This document shows positions 1 through 8,398 of a stretch of 41,437 nt of DNA, one piece after another. Under the pieces are notes generated by a model that saw nothing but the letters and a program-made list of their open reading frames with translations, ran no database searches and had not been told where the DNA came from. The translations under genes were made by a program, and so were the position numbers. This DNA is from an uncultured Saprospiraceae bacterium (GTDB taxonomy: Bacteria > Bacteroidota > Bacteroidia > Chitinophagales > Saprospiraceae): the NCBI GenBank assembly GCA_937927835.1, contig CALGJS010000150.1:1-41437 (forward strand), in the 5' to 3' direction. Position 1 is the first letter of the stretch; each line of letters opens with the position of its first letter.

Positions 1-2
1 GT

Positions 3-338
3 AGTCCAGCATTTAAGCCGTTGTCTCCCGTTGCAACGCTTGCGGTCAGTAAAGTAATTTCTAAACAACCTAATAGCATTTCAAAACCAAAAAGATCAAC
101 TAATCAAAAGCAAACTGCTCGTGTAGATAAGCGCACACTACCAGACTTAAAGTATTTGCCTGCTAAATCTGCACTGCGTGAAAATTATCTATATTATTTG
201 ATTGGAAAGGATGAAACTTTACATGAAATTGCGGAGAAGTTTCATGGCGTTTCTATGAGTGATATTCTTGTGCTTAATAATGTAACAGATCCTTACGAAC
301 TGAAGGCTGGAAAGAAAATTAAGGTGAAACAGAAATAA
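3..338 (+). CDS. LysM-domain protein, C-terminal fragment (5' end lies upstream of the window)
   Basis: The frame is open from base 3, so the tracked TTG at 21 is probably internal. The last ~45 aa (YYLIGKDETLHEIAEKFHGVSMSDILVLNNVTDPYELKAGKKIKV) fit the LysM peptidoglycan-binding repeat pattern. Stop TAA at 336-338. Confidence 0.6.
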   Translation, partial: SPAFKPLSPVATLAVSKVISKQPNSISKPKRSTNQKQTARVDKRTLPDLKYLPAKSALRENYLYYLIGKDETLHEIAEKFHGVSMSDILVLNNVTDPYELKAGKKIKVKQK

Positions 339-357
339 GTCGGATACTTATTTTTAT

Positions 358-400
358 AAAAAAGAGAAGTCGGAAGCAGATGATGCTTCCGACTTTTTTT
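358..400. terminator. Bidirectional intrinsic terminator between the convergent LysM and hsp20 genes
   Basis: Perfect 11-bp stem AAGTCGGAAGC (367-377) / GCTTCCGACTT (385-395) with a 7-nt loop. A T-run extends to 400 on the + strand, and an A6 run (358-363) supplies a U-run for the - strand. Confidence 0.8.
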
Positions 401-444
401 AGTGATTGATCTCAAATAATCTCAACAAGTCTTTCGACCAGTTC

Positions 445-867
445 TTATTTAATCTCAATTTTACGATTCGTATCCTTCGTCTCTTCTACTATTTTTGGTA
501 AGACAATATTCAGAATACCATCTTCAAAATTTGCTTTGATGTTTTCCGCATCAATGGTTTCGTTTAGTTGAAACCGGCGTTCAAAATTGTTGAAATTGAA
601 TTCTCGTCTTGTATAATTTTCCTTTGTTTCTTCCTTCTTTGAACTGATGATTAAGGCTTCATCTTCAATCTTTAGATCGATATCTTCTTTTTTCAAACCA
701 GGTGCCGCTACTTCCAAAATAAAGGATTCATCTGTCTCAGAGACATTTACTAAAGGTTTTTGCTTCACAAAGTTATTGGTCTTTACTACTTCATTTAAAA
801 AAGCATCAAAATGTGCAGGAAAAAATGGGTTTCTTCTTCGAGAATTTACTTTTGCTAGATAAGTCAT
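445..867 (-). CDS. Small heat-shock protein, Hsp20/alpha-crystallin family
   Basis: Alpha-crystallin domain: VNVSETDESFILEVAAPGLKKEDIDLKIEDEALIISSKK...FERRFQLNETIDAENIKANFEDGILNIVLPK. I prefer the ATG at 867 (MTYLAKVNS...) over the tracked 903, because the extra 12 codons read like an A-rich untranslated leader. Confidence 0.88.
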   Translation of the reverse strand: MTYLAKVNSRRRNPFFPAHFDAFLNEVVKTNNFVKQKPLVNVSETDESFILEVAAPGLKKEDIDLKIEDEALIISSKKEETKENYTRREFNFNNFERRFQLNETIDAENIKANFEDGILNIVLPKIVEETKDTNRKIEIK

Positions 868-977
868 GATATATTTTTTTTGTTTTAAAAAGTTTTTCTG
901 CAATAATTCGCAGTTACACTTATTTCTTTCATCAACTGTTGTACCATTCCAATTTTCGCGTCATATCTTCTGAAAAA

Positions 978-1034
978 CATCAATTTTTGATGACAAAAAG
1001 TCATTATAAGCTAGAATTAGCTGACTTTTTGTCT
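978..1034. promoter_or_regulatory. Three N5-spaced palindromes in the divergent hsp20-recA intergenic region (candidate operator sites)
   Basis: CATCA-N5-TGATG (978-992), TGAC-A5-GTCA (991-1003) and TGAC-T5-GTCT (1022-1034). GACAAAAAGTCA (992-1003) and TGACTTTTTGTC (1022-1033) are exact reverse complements separated by 18 nt. Confidence 0.3.
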
Positions 1035-1172
1035 AAAAAATTGTGAAAATCATTTTTTTGTTTATTTTTTGATTACAATTGAAACAACAATCACTTATTT
1101 GCGTTTACAACGTATATTGTCTAACTAAATATAGGACAAACGAAAAAAATATAATGATTTTGTTGAAAAAAG

Positions 1173-1204
1173 TTTGGAACTTAAAAACAATTCGTTTATA
1201 TTTG
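1173..1204 (+). promoter_or_regulatory. Bacteroidota sigma-A type promoter for recA
   Basis: TTTG at 1173-1176 and TATATTTG (matches TAnnTTTG) at 1197-1204, with a 20-nt spacer. This fits the Bacteroidota -33/-7 consensus and implies a recA leader of about 100 nt. Confidence 0.5.
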
Positions 1205-1311
1205 CATCAGAAACAACATTGTTTGTTGAAATAAATTTAAAAATCTGTACAACATTTTAATCCACCTTAAAGCCTGTTGTACTTCAATCTTAACACTAAA
1301 AATATCTTATA

Positions 1312-2409
1312 ATGTCTAAAGAAAACGACGCTAAGAAAAAAGCATTAGAGATGACAATGAGTCGTCTAGAAAAAACTTACGGAAAAGGAATCGTCATGAA
1401 ACTTGGTGAAAAGCAAGTTGTTGAAGTAGATACTATTCCTACTGGCTCTTTGAGTCTTGACCTTGCACTAGGAATCAATGGATTACCTAAAGGACGAGTT
1501 GTTGAAATTTACGGACCAGAATCTTCTGGTAAAACAACCTTGGCTATTCATGCAATTGCAGAATGTCAAAAACAAGGTGGTATTGCTGCCTTTATTGATG
1601 CAGAACACGCATTTGATCGTTTCTATGCGGAAGGACTTGGTGTTGATATCGAAAACCTTTTAATCTCTCAACCAGATAATGGTGAGCAGGCGCTAGAAAT
1701 TGCGGAAAACTTAATCCGTAGTGGTGCTATCGATATGCTCGTAGTTGATTCAGTTGCAGCTTTGGTACCACGAAGTGAAATTGAAGGAGAGATGGGTGAT
1801 TCTAAAATGGGATTACAAGCACGTCTGATGTCGCAAGCAATGCGTAAGTTGACAGGTACCATTGGTCGTACTGGTTGTTGCTGTATTTTTATCAACCAGC
1901 TAAGAGAAAAGATTGGTGTTATGTTCGGTAATCCTGAAACAACTACCGGTGGTAATGCATTAAAATTTTATGCTTCTGTTCGTTTGGACATTCGTAAGTC
2001 TGGTTCTGCCATTAAAGACAAAGAAGGAAATGTTGTTGGTAACCACGTAAAAGTGAAAGTTGTTAAGAACAAATTAGCTCCACCATTCAGAATTGCATTA
2101 TTTGATATCACTTACGGAGAAGGTATTTCTAAAACAGGTGAGATCATCGATATAGGAGTTGATCAAGAGATTATTGAAAAGAGTGGTGCTTGGTATAGTT
2201 ACCAGGGTAGTAAGATTGCGCAAGGTCGTGAATCAGCTAAGCTATTCTTAAAAGATAATCCAGAAATTGCACTAGAAATAGAAGCTAAGATTAAAGCAAA
2301 AATTCTAGCTGGAGATGATTATATGGAAGAGCCAGAAGAAGCGGAAGAAACTCCAGTAGAAAAGACTTCAAAGAAGAAGACTAAAACGGAAAAAGCTGCT
2401 GAAAACTAG
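1312..2409 (+). CDS. recA: Recombinase RecA
   Basis: 365 aa with Walker [32 protein letters not shown] and [19 protein letters not shown]: a full RecA core. It carries an extra acidic/lysine-rich C-terminal tail of about 35 aa. Confidence 0.97.
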   Translation: MSKENDAKKKALEMTMSRLEKTYGKGIVMKLGEKQVVEVDTIPTGSLSLDLALGINGLPKGRVVEIYGPESSGKTTLAIHAIAECQKQGGIAAFIDAEHAFDRFYAEGLGVDIENLLISQPDNGEQALEIAENLIRSGAIDMLVVDSVAALVPRSEIEGEMGDSKMGLQARLMSQAMRKLTGTIGRTGCCCIFINQLREKIGVMFGNPETTTGGNALKFYASVRLDIRKSGSAIKDKEGNVVGNHVKVKVVKNKLAPPFRIALFDITYGEGISKTGEIIDIGVDQEIIEKSGAWYSYQGSKIAQGRESAKLFLKDNPEIALEIEAKIKAKILAGDDYMEEPEEAEETPVEKTSKKKTKTEKAAEN

Positions 2410-2454
2410 TCTCTAGTTTTTAACCAAAACAGTATAGTTATTTGTTTCTAAATA

Positions 2455-2490
2455 AAACGGGTCAAGCCTTTGGTTTGATCCGTTTTTTTT
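2455..2490 (+). terminator. Intrinsic terminator of recA
   Basis: Stem AAACGGGTCAA (2455-2465) / TTGATCCGTTT (2475-2485) with one G-U pair and a 9-nt loop, running into a T8 tract (2483-2490). Confidence 0.75.
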
Positions 2491-2536
2491 ATGCCATTCA
2501 ACAAGCGATGTTGTTATATATCTGAATTAATTTTTT

Positions 2537-3154
2537 CTATTTTTTCCACTTAAAAGAGGCTATCATTTTTTCGATGTCTTCTTGAATAAAAGCTAAGACA
2601 GGAGCCAAAGAATCTGGTCGAGGACGAGACTGAAAATACAATGCACCGTTTAGATAATTATCCGTAGTATCTGTCAGAAAAAAAGAAAGTGGCGTAGCAG
2701 TAGGACCTTTATATCTAAACACAAAACCACCAATTTCTTGATTATTTTCAATAGGTATTTCATCGATGGCATTGGCTTTTACAATATGCTTATTCGCCAT
2801 TCTATAGGTATCTTCTCTTAACCTTTCGAAAGTATTATTCTTATCAATCGGATAGTAAGTACAATAAAGTCGTGCATTAAAATCCGGATAATTTAAATCA
2901 AACCAACAAGGGTGCGCTGGTTTCTCATCAAAGAATAAAGTATCCTGCTGAACGGAAGCATAACCTGGATAAGTAAAAGAAAAATCACAATAGGATTCGT
3001 CAAACTGCTCATAGGTCCTCTCTGGATAAATAACTCTTGGAAAGGCACGAGGCTTCGGTGTATAAACTGTCGTATCCTCACAACCCCAACAGCCTAACAA
3101 ACACAGAATTAATATGCTAATGAATTTATTACACAATGTATTTAATCTAGCCAT
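2537..3154 (-). CDS. gldD: Gliding-motility lipoprotein GldD
   Basis: 205 aa with a lipoprotein signal (LILCLLGCWGC). YTPKPRAFPRVIYPERTYEQF... resembles flavobacterial GldD as I recall it. It starts 15 bp downstream of gldE, the gene pairing described for Flavobacterium. Confidence 0.72.
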   Translation of the reverse strand: MARLNTLCNKFISILILCLLGCWGCEDTTVYTPKPRAFPRVIYPERTYEQFDESYCDFSFTYPGYASVQQDTLFFDEKPAHPCWFDLNYPDFNARLYCTYYPIDKNNTFERLREDTYRMANKHIVKANAIDEIPIENNQEIGGFVFRYKGPTATPLSFFLTDTTDNYLNGALYFQSRPRPDSLAPVLAFIQEDIEKMIASFKWKK

Positions 3155-3169
3155 TACGATAATTTTTAC

Positions 3170-4579
3170 TTATTTTTTTGGTAGCGTAATCTTGATTTGT
3201 TCAATTCTACGCTTATTAACCGATACTACTTCTAACCGATATTCTCCGCTATAAACAACGCGACCTTTTTTTGGAATGAACCCGATAATTTCTAATAATA
3301 AACCAGCCAGAGAATCCGCATCTCCTTTTTCATCATCAAATATTCCTGTATCAATCCCCACTACTCGACAAACATCATTGAGTAATGTCTTCCCTTCGAA
3401 AACAAAATTAGTATCATCGATTTTTTTGAATTCTACTTCAATCGTATCATCAAATTCATCTTTGATTTCTCCAATCACTTCTTCCATAATATCTTCCAAT
3501 GTAGCGATTCCTGAACTACCTCCATACTCATCCACTACGATTGCCATATGCTGGCGTTTACTTTGAAATTCTTTGAGTAAATCACTGATTTTTTTTGCTT
3601 CTGGAACATAGTGTACTTCTGGTCGAATATACCCTTGCCATTCAAAATCATCCGCCTCATTTAGAAATTTTAGTAAATCTTTTACATACAAAATACCTGT
3701 AACATTATCAAAGTCTTCGTCAATCACTGGTATTCGAGAATAACCGGATTGTTTGATCAGTTTAATCAATTCTGCGAAAGTCGTTTTAAAATCAACCGTT
3801 ACTACATCAACTCGAGAACACATAATTTGCTTAACGGAAACTTCACCGAATTTTACGATTCCTTTTAAGATATCGATTTCTTGTTGCTCATCTTTAACAG
3901 TCAATTCAATCGCCTGATCAATGTCTTGTTTGCTAGTGCTACTTGCTCCTGCACGATGAGCAAGTTTCCGTTCAATAATAGAAGTTCCAGAAATCAATAG
4001 GTTGCTCAACGGCTTAAAAACGGTTGAAAGAAACATCAACGGCCGAGACATAAACCGTGCTATTTTCATATTATTGAGTTTCGCATAAACTTTGGGCGCT
4101 ACCTCACCAAATAAAACCAATAGAAACGTAACGCCAATAACGGTAATCCCAAAGTGAATATATTTCCCTAACTGCTCTCTCGTCATTCCAAAAAGCAACC
4201 AGTAATCCGGAACGCTACGCATCATAGCAACGAAGTTAGCAACTGGTAATGCCATCCGGAAAATATAATCCGAAAGGATAACGATTCCAATATTGATAAA
4301 ATTATTACTAATAAGAATGGTTGCCAATAATCGGCGAGGGAAGTCTTTTAACGATAAAATATCCTGAGATGACCGGTTGTTATTTTCTTGTTCTAATTTT
4401 TGAAAATCACTGGCCGTTAAAGAAAAGAAAGCTACCTCTGAACTAGAAATCAGGGCAGAGCAAATCAACAATAGGACGATCATTAAAATACCAAAGATAA
4501 GACCTCCCCAAGAAATGGCTATTCCCGGAAACATCCAGAGCAAAAGGCTATACGATAAATTACCCGACTCTACGTCCAA
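3170..4579 (-). CDS. gldE: Gliding-motility protein GldE (CNNM/DUF21 - CBS pair - CorC_HlyC architecture)
   Basis: 469 aa with an N-terminal multi-TM DUF21-type domain, a central CBS pair (IMCSRVDVVTVD..., ILYVKDLL) and a C-terminal transporter-associated domain. It sits between ssb and gldD. Confidence 0.8.
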   Translation of the reverse strand: MDVESGNLSYSLLLWMFPGIAISWGGLIFGILMIVLLLICSALISSSEVAFFSLTASDFQKLEQENNNRSSQDILSLKDFPRRLLATILISNNFINIGIVILSDYIFRMALPVANFVAMMRSVPDYWLLFGMTREQLGKYIHFGITVIGVTFLLVLFGEVAPKVYAKLNNMKIARFMSRPLMFLSTVFKPLSNLLISGTSIIERKLAHRAGASSTSKQDIDQAIELTVKDEQQEIDILKGIVKFGEVSVKQIMCSRVDVVTVDFKTTFAELIKLIKQSGYSRIPVIDEDFDNVTGILYVKDLLKFLNEADDFEWQGYIRPEVHYVPEAKKISDLLKEFQSKRQHMAIVVDEYGGSSGIATLEDIMEEVIGEIKDEFDDTIEVEFKKIDDTNFVFEGKTLLNDVCRVVGIDTGIFDDEKGDADSLAGLLLEIIGFIPKKGRVVYSGEYRLEVVSVNKRRIEQIKITLPKK

Positions 4580-4590
4580 TGTTTAGTTAA

Positions 4591-5031
4591 TTAAAATGGT
4601 AAATCGTCGTCTCCACCCGCTGGTTCTTTGACCGATGGGTTGTTGGTTGTTGCTGGAGCATCTGCGGCAGAAGAGGGTGGAGTATAACTTCCACTGTTTC
4701 CTTCTCTGCTACCCAACATTTTCATGGTACGTCCAACTATTTCTGTTGTGTATCTATCGTTCCCTTCTTTGTCTTGCCACTTTCGTGTTCTTAGACTTCC
4801 TTCGATATATACTTGCGTTCCTTTTTTCAAATACTTTTCTGCTACACCAGCCAATCCTCCCCATAGTGCCACATTATGCCATTCGGTATTAGTTACTTTC
4901 TCGTTTGTTTTTTTATCCATATAGCTTTCACTAGTAGCTACTGAAAAAGAAGCAACAGAAGAACCTCCTTCAAAGTGTCGAACTTCAGGATCTTTCCCTA
5001 AGTTTCCAACAATAATGACTTTATTAATCAT
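4591..5031 (-). CDS. ssb: Single-stranded DNA-binding protein
   Basis: OB-fold N-terminus [26 protein letters not shown], a Gly/Ser/Pro-rich linker and the canonical acidic tail DDDLPF. The ATG at 5031 is preferred to the tracked 5058. Confidence 0.95.
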   Translation of the reverse strand: MINKVIIVGNLGKDPEVRHFEGGSSVASFSVATSESYMDKKTNEKVTNTEWHNVALWGGLAGVAEKYLKKGTQVYIEGSLRTRKWQDKEGNDRYTTEIVGRTMKMLGSREGNSGSYTPPSSAADAPATTNNPSVKEPAGGDDDLPF

Positions 5032-5127
5032 AATTAATCGTTTTATTTTTTTACTCAAAAAATTAGTGAAGAAGTGTATAAATCATAACATTTCCATGAA
5101 AATTGAAGCCTTATTTTTCTTACACTT

Positions 5128-6195
5128 CTAAAAGTTTAAATATAGCGATTTATCTTGTAAATACAAATCAATAACACGGGGAAATGCGTAGATTTCAAGT
5201 GCCTCTCGAGAAATATTTATCCAACCTTCTGATGGATTTTCTAATGGATTTTCTATATTAATTTCAAAAAATAGTGCATTGATTTTTTGATGCGTCAATT
5301 GCTGTGTAAAGGGAGCAGAAATACGGTTAATCATGGATTCTGGAGAGATAAGTTGTTGATAATCAGAATTCTGCTCTAACTGTTTTCTGTCCAGTAATTT
5401 ATCAGTTTCTAAAAGAGGAAATTCATAGAGTCCTTGCCAGATATCTTTTTCAATTCTCTTTCGGATCCAAACTTGATTTTCGTGATTGATGATTAGGTAG
5501 TGGAAAAAACGACTCCGCTTTTTTATTTTTTTTGATTTAATTGGTAGCTGGCCTATCAGGTCTTCCTTTAGAGCTACGCATGCTTTTGCTAGTGGACATA
5601 TATTACAGTTTGGATTCGCTGGTACACATTGCGTCGCACCAAAGTCCATAATTGCTTGGTTATGGTCTGCTGGTCTTTTTTTAGCCAATAATTCTTGAGA
5701 TAATTTGGTGAAAACCTTTTTCCCCGTTGTCGTATCAATTGGTTCTTTAATCCCAAAGTATCGCGATAAAACTCGAAACACATTACCGTCCAAAACCGCA
5801 TAAGGCAAATCATAAGCAAAGGAAGCAATCGCGGCGGCAGTATAAGTTCCAACACCTTTTAATTTTAAAATATCCGCATATTCGGTAGGAAAAATACCAG
5901 CAAAATTATCCCGAACATCTTTAGCCGTAAAATGTAAATTTCGAGCTCGAGAGTAATAACCCAATCCTTCCCATAATTTTAAAACTTCATCTTCTGGTGC
6001 ATTCGCTAGATCTGTAATAGTTGGATAAGCTGCCTTAAATTTTTCAAAATAAGGCAACCCTTGCGCTACTCTTGTCTGCTGTAAAATGATCTCCGATAGC
6101 CAAATCAGATAAGGATTCTTTTCTCCCTTCCACGGCATAGGGCGATGATTTTTTTTAAACCAAGCAAGTAATTTTTTTGTGAAGGTATTGGTCAT
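5128..6195 (-). CDS. mutY: A/G-specific adenine DNA glycosylase MutY
   Basis: HhH-GPD core (WLSEIILQQTRV, LKGVGTYTAAAI, VLDGNVFRVL), a 4Fe-4S loop C-x6-C-x2-C-x5-C (CVPANPNCNICPLAKAC) and a C-terminal NUDIX-like domain. Confidence 0.93.
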   Translation of the reverse strand: MTNTFTKKLLAWFKKNHRPMPWKGEKNPYLIWLSEIILQQTRVAQGLPYFEKFKAAYPTITDLANAPEDEVLKLWEGLGYYSRARNLHFTAKDVRDNFAGIFPTEYADILKLKGVGTYTAAAIASFAYDLPYAVLDGNVFRVLSRYFGIKEPIDTTTGKKVFTKLSQELLAKKRPADHNQAIMDFGATQCVPANPNCNICPLAKACVALKEDLIGQLPIKSKKIKKRSRFFHYLIINHENQVWIRKRIEKDIWQGLYEFPLLETDKLLDRKQLEQNSDYQQLISPESMINRISAPFTQQLTHQKINALFFEINIENPLENPSEGWINISREALEIYAFPRVIDLYLQDKSLYLNF

Positions 6196-6210
6196 TTTCC
6201 AAAAATAGCC

Positions 6211-6243
6211 AAAAAAAAACGGTACAACCGAAGTTATACCGTT
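6211..6243 (-). terminator. Intrinsic terminator of the sigma-factor gene
   Basis: On the - strand: AACGGTATAAC-TTCG-GTTGTACCGTT, an 11-bp stem with one G-U pair and a UUCG tetraloop (6218-6243), followed by a U-run (plus-strand A-run 6211-6219). Confidence 0.85.
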
Positions 6244-6267
6244 CCTATTTGTTTAGGCCTTTTAATT

Positions 6268-6810
6268 TTAACTAATCTTAGCGTGTTGCTTCACCAATTC
6301 TGTATTGGCATATCTTCCGAGAACTAGCTGCTTTAGTTCCTTACGAGCAAAAAAGATTCTACTTTTTACCGTACCTAATGGTAATCCTAATTCATCTGCA
6401 ATCTCTTGATACTTAAATCCTTTATAGTGCATCAAAAATGGAATTCGGATAATTTCATCTAATCCACCAATCATTTTAGAAAGTTCCTCCATCATGATAT
6501 TTGACTCCGCTCCATTATCTACGGCGTTACTGCCTGAATTGATATAGAACATATTATCTGTAGAATCAATGATGGTTTTAGAACGAGCTTTTTTGCGATA
6601 GTTATTGATGAAAATATTCTTCATGATCGTAAAGCTCCATGCTTTAAAGTTCGTACCAATGCGAAATTTATCTCGGTTGGTTAACGCTCTAAACGCAGTT
6701 TCTTGGAAAAGATCCTTCGCATCTTCTCCGTTCTTAGTTAGATTATAAGCGAAGTTATGTAGTAAGGTATCGAGTTTGTTAAATTTATCATTGAATTCTT
6801 GAACAGTCAT
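6268..6810 (-). CDS. RNA polymerase sigma-70 family factor, ECF-like (group 4)
   Basis: 180 aa with region 2 (DLFQETAFRALTNRDKF...FKAWSFTIMKNIFINNYRK) and a region 4 helix-turn-helix (FKYQEIADELGLPLGTVKSRIFFARKEL). No anti-sigma gene is adjacent. Confidence 0.9.
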   Translation of the reverse strand: MTVQEFNDKFNKLDTLLHNFAYNLTKNGEDAKDLFQETAFRALTNRDKFRIGTNFKAWSFTIMKNIFINNYRKKARSKTIIDSTDNMFYINSGSNAVDNGAESNIMMEELSKMIGGLDEIIRIPFLMHYKGFKYQEIADELGLPLGTVKSRIFFARKELKQLVLGRYANTELVKQHAKIS

Positions 6811-6856
6811 AATGGTAATCTTTAGGCGTTTAAAAAACTATTTTCATTTGTTAAAT

Positions 6857-6887
6857 CAAAGATACGCATAAGTTAAACAAAATCAAA
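6857..6887 (-). promoter_or_regulatory. Bacteroidota sigma-A type promoter for the sigma-factor gene
   Basis: The - strand reads TTTG (6887-6884), a 19-nt spacer, then TATCTTTG (6864-6857). This leaves about 45 nt of leader before the ATG at 6810. Confidence 0.45.
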
Positions 6888-7022
6888 CCTCAAGAAGGTC
6901 ATAAAAGTCGAATCTGAAAGGCATTTTTACTTAAAGTAAACAATTAATTATCTATAACATATTTAAAATCAATACTTTATGTTTAAAAATCCTAAAATTA
7001 TTAAACTTATCTTATTTTCAGT

Positions 7023-7047
7023 AAAAAATGAAAGCTAGTCCGCTTCA
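7023..7047 (-). terminator. Weak terminator-like hairpin plus U6
   Basis: The - strand reads TGAAGCGGACTAGCTTTCA (7047-7029), an interrupted 6-bp stem, followed by TTTTTT (7028-7023). Confidence 0.3.
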
Positions 7048-7074
7048 TGACAGTTTTGATCCAAAAGAGTAGAC

Positions 7075-7173
7075 AAAAAAGGGACTGTTTGGTTGAAGCT
7101 TGTTATTTTGCAGATCGCAACTTGTATTCCTAATGGAAAGCCTACCCACTGACACACTTTCCGGAACAATCCC
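7075..7173 (-). terminator. Long-range stem plus U6 enclosing a ~75-nt insert, downstream of the LptF/G gene (complex terminator or small structured RNA)
   Basis: On the - strand GGGATTGTT (7173-7165) pairs with AACAGTCCC (7089-7081): 9 bp with one G-U pair that is a mismatch on the + strand. TTTTTT follows (7080-7075). An inner stem GGAAAG/CTTTCC lies at 7135-7140/7157-7162. Confidence 0.35.
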
Positions 7174-7205
7174 AGAAAAAAGGAGGGAAATCGCTCAAAA
7201 GAAGA

Positions 7206-8294
7206 TTATCCTCTTGATTTCAAGATCATGAAAATGGCAATAATTGAAAAAATAAGGTTGGGAATCCAAACACCCACAATAGCAGGAAGGCTATCATTGA
7301 TGGAGAAGGTGGCAGAGAATTTAGATATAAAAATAAAGATGGCACCAATACCTACCCCAATTGCTAATTGGAAACCCATTCCTCCACGAACTTTACGCGA
7401 TGCCACAGCAAACCCAATCAAAGTAAGAATAAGGATAGTAAAGGGTTCAGCCGTTCTCCGATGCAGCTCTACTTCATAAACTTTAGTATTACCAACTCCC
7501 CTTCCTTTTTCTTTTTGAATAAAGCTATTCAGTTCGGGAGTCGTCAACATTTCTTTATGATTAATATAGCGGACAAAGTCGGCTGGTGTTAAATTAATGG
7601 TGGTATCCATTTTTAATTTTTCACCATTGACAAAGCCTTCTTTGACTCCATCAAAAGTACGCTCGGTATAATTATGAATTCGCCATTTATCGGGTGGTCC
7701 CAGCCATTCAGCGGTTTGTGCTTTTAGCAAATAGACAATTTTATTATCAATAATTTTTTCAACTCGAAAGTCCGTTGCTTTCTGAGATTTTTTATTAAAA
7801 TGATCAATATAAATTTTAGTGTTGGGTCCAATAAAAAGGTGAACGTCTTTCGTTTTACCTCTATCATTATTTTTCCAAATATACTCATGCTGAAAACTAT
7901 AATGTTTTTGATTTCCTAAAGGAATGAAGTAATGGTTTCCTATCAGATGAATTCCAAATAAAATTAGACCACCAATCAGATAAGGCCGCATTAATCGACG
8001 AAAAGAAATCCCAGCATTAAGAATAGAAATAATCTCAGAATTATAGGCCATCCTCGCAGTGAAGAAAACCACCCCAATCAGTGCATAGAGTGGGAACAAT
8101 AGACCGTTGATCCATAACACCCAGTTGAGGTAATAGTCGCCAAAAATTTCTCCCCATGGGACTTTACCTTCTATAAATTTCTCTGTATTCGCACTCAAAT
8201 CTATTATGATAGAAATAAGCGTAAAAATGAGTACAGAAAAGAAAAAGGTTGATAGAAACTTTTTGATAATATATCTATCTAAGATTTTAAGCAT
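7206..8294 (-). CDS. LPS export ABC permease, LptF/LptG (YjgP/YjgQ) family
   Basis: 362 aa starting MLKILDRYIIKKFLSTFFFSVLIF... It has three N-terminal TM helices, a periplasmic beta-rich insert and three C-terminal TM helices, the typical YjgP/YjgQ layout. Confidence 0.85.
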   Translation of the reverse strand: MLKILDRYIIKKFLSTFFFSVLIFTLISIIIDLSANTEKFIEGKVPWGEIFGDYYLNWVLWINGLLFPLYALIGVVFFTARMAYNSEIISILNAGISFRRLMRPYLIGGLILFGIHLIGNHYFIPLGNQKHYSFQHEYIWKNNDRGKTKDVHLFIGPNTKIYIDHFNKKSQKATDFRVEKIIDNKIVYLLKAQTAEWLGPPDKWRIHNYTERTFDGVKEGFVNGEKLKMDTTINLTPADFVRYINHKEMLTTPELNSFIQKEKGRGVGNTKVYEVELHRRTAEPFTILILTLIGFAVASRKVRGGMGFQLAIGVGIGAIFIFISKFSATFSINDSLPAIVGVWIPNLIFSIIAIFMILKSRG

Positions 8295-8300
8295 ATTCTT

Positions 8301-8376
8301 TTTGCTATTTGCTTCTAGCCGTTTGCTTCTAGCTATCTTCTATCGCATTTGAAGATAGCAAGAAGCAAATAGCAAA
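8301..8376. repeat. Compound hairpin / direct-repeat element between tgt and the LptF/G gene
   Basis: 16-bp stem GCTTCTAGCTATCTTC (8325-8340) / GAAGATAGCAAGAAGC (8351-8366) with one mismatch. An alternative 16-bp pairing joins TTTGCTATTTGCTTCT (8301-8316) to AGAAGCAAATAGCAAA (8361-8376). TTTGCTTCTAGC occurs as a direct repeat (8308-8319 and 8322-8333). No U-tract on either strand. Confidence 0.6.
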
Positions 8377-8398
8377 CGACGAAAAGCATTCATAATGA

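Noticed and set aside
904-1311. Checked the hsp20-recA spacer for a CIRCE element, and the recA upstream region for a classical LexA box (CTGT-N8-ACAG or GAAC-N4-GTTC).
   Set aside because: None of these consensus sequences is present. Only the lineage-unassigned palindromes reported in findings were seen.
647-4924. Short tracked ORFs nested in hsp20, recA, gldD, gldE and ssb (647-862, 1478-1663, 1668-1895, 2893-3081, 3276-3566, 4635-4892, 4724-4924).
   Set aside because: Each lies in an alternative frame or antisense within a gene that has clear family motifs, and none has independent support.
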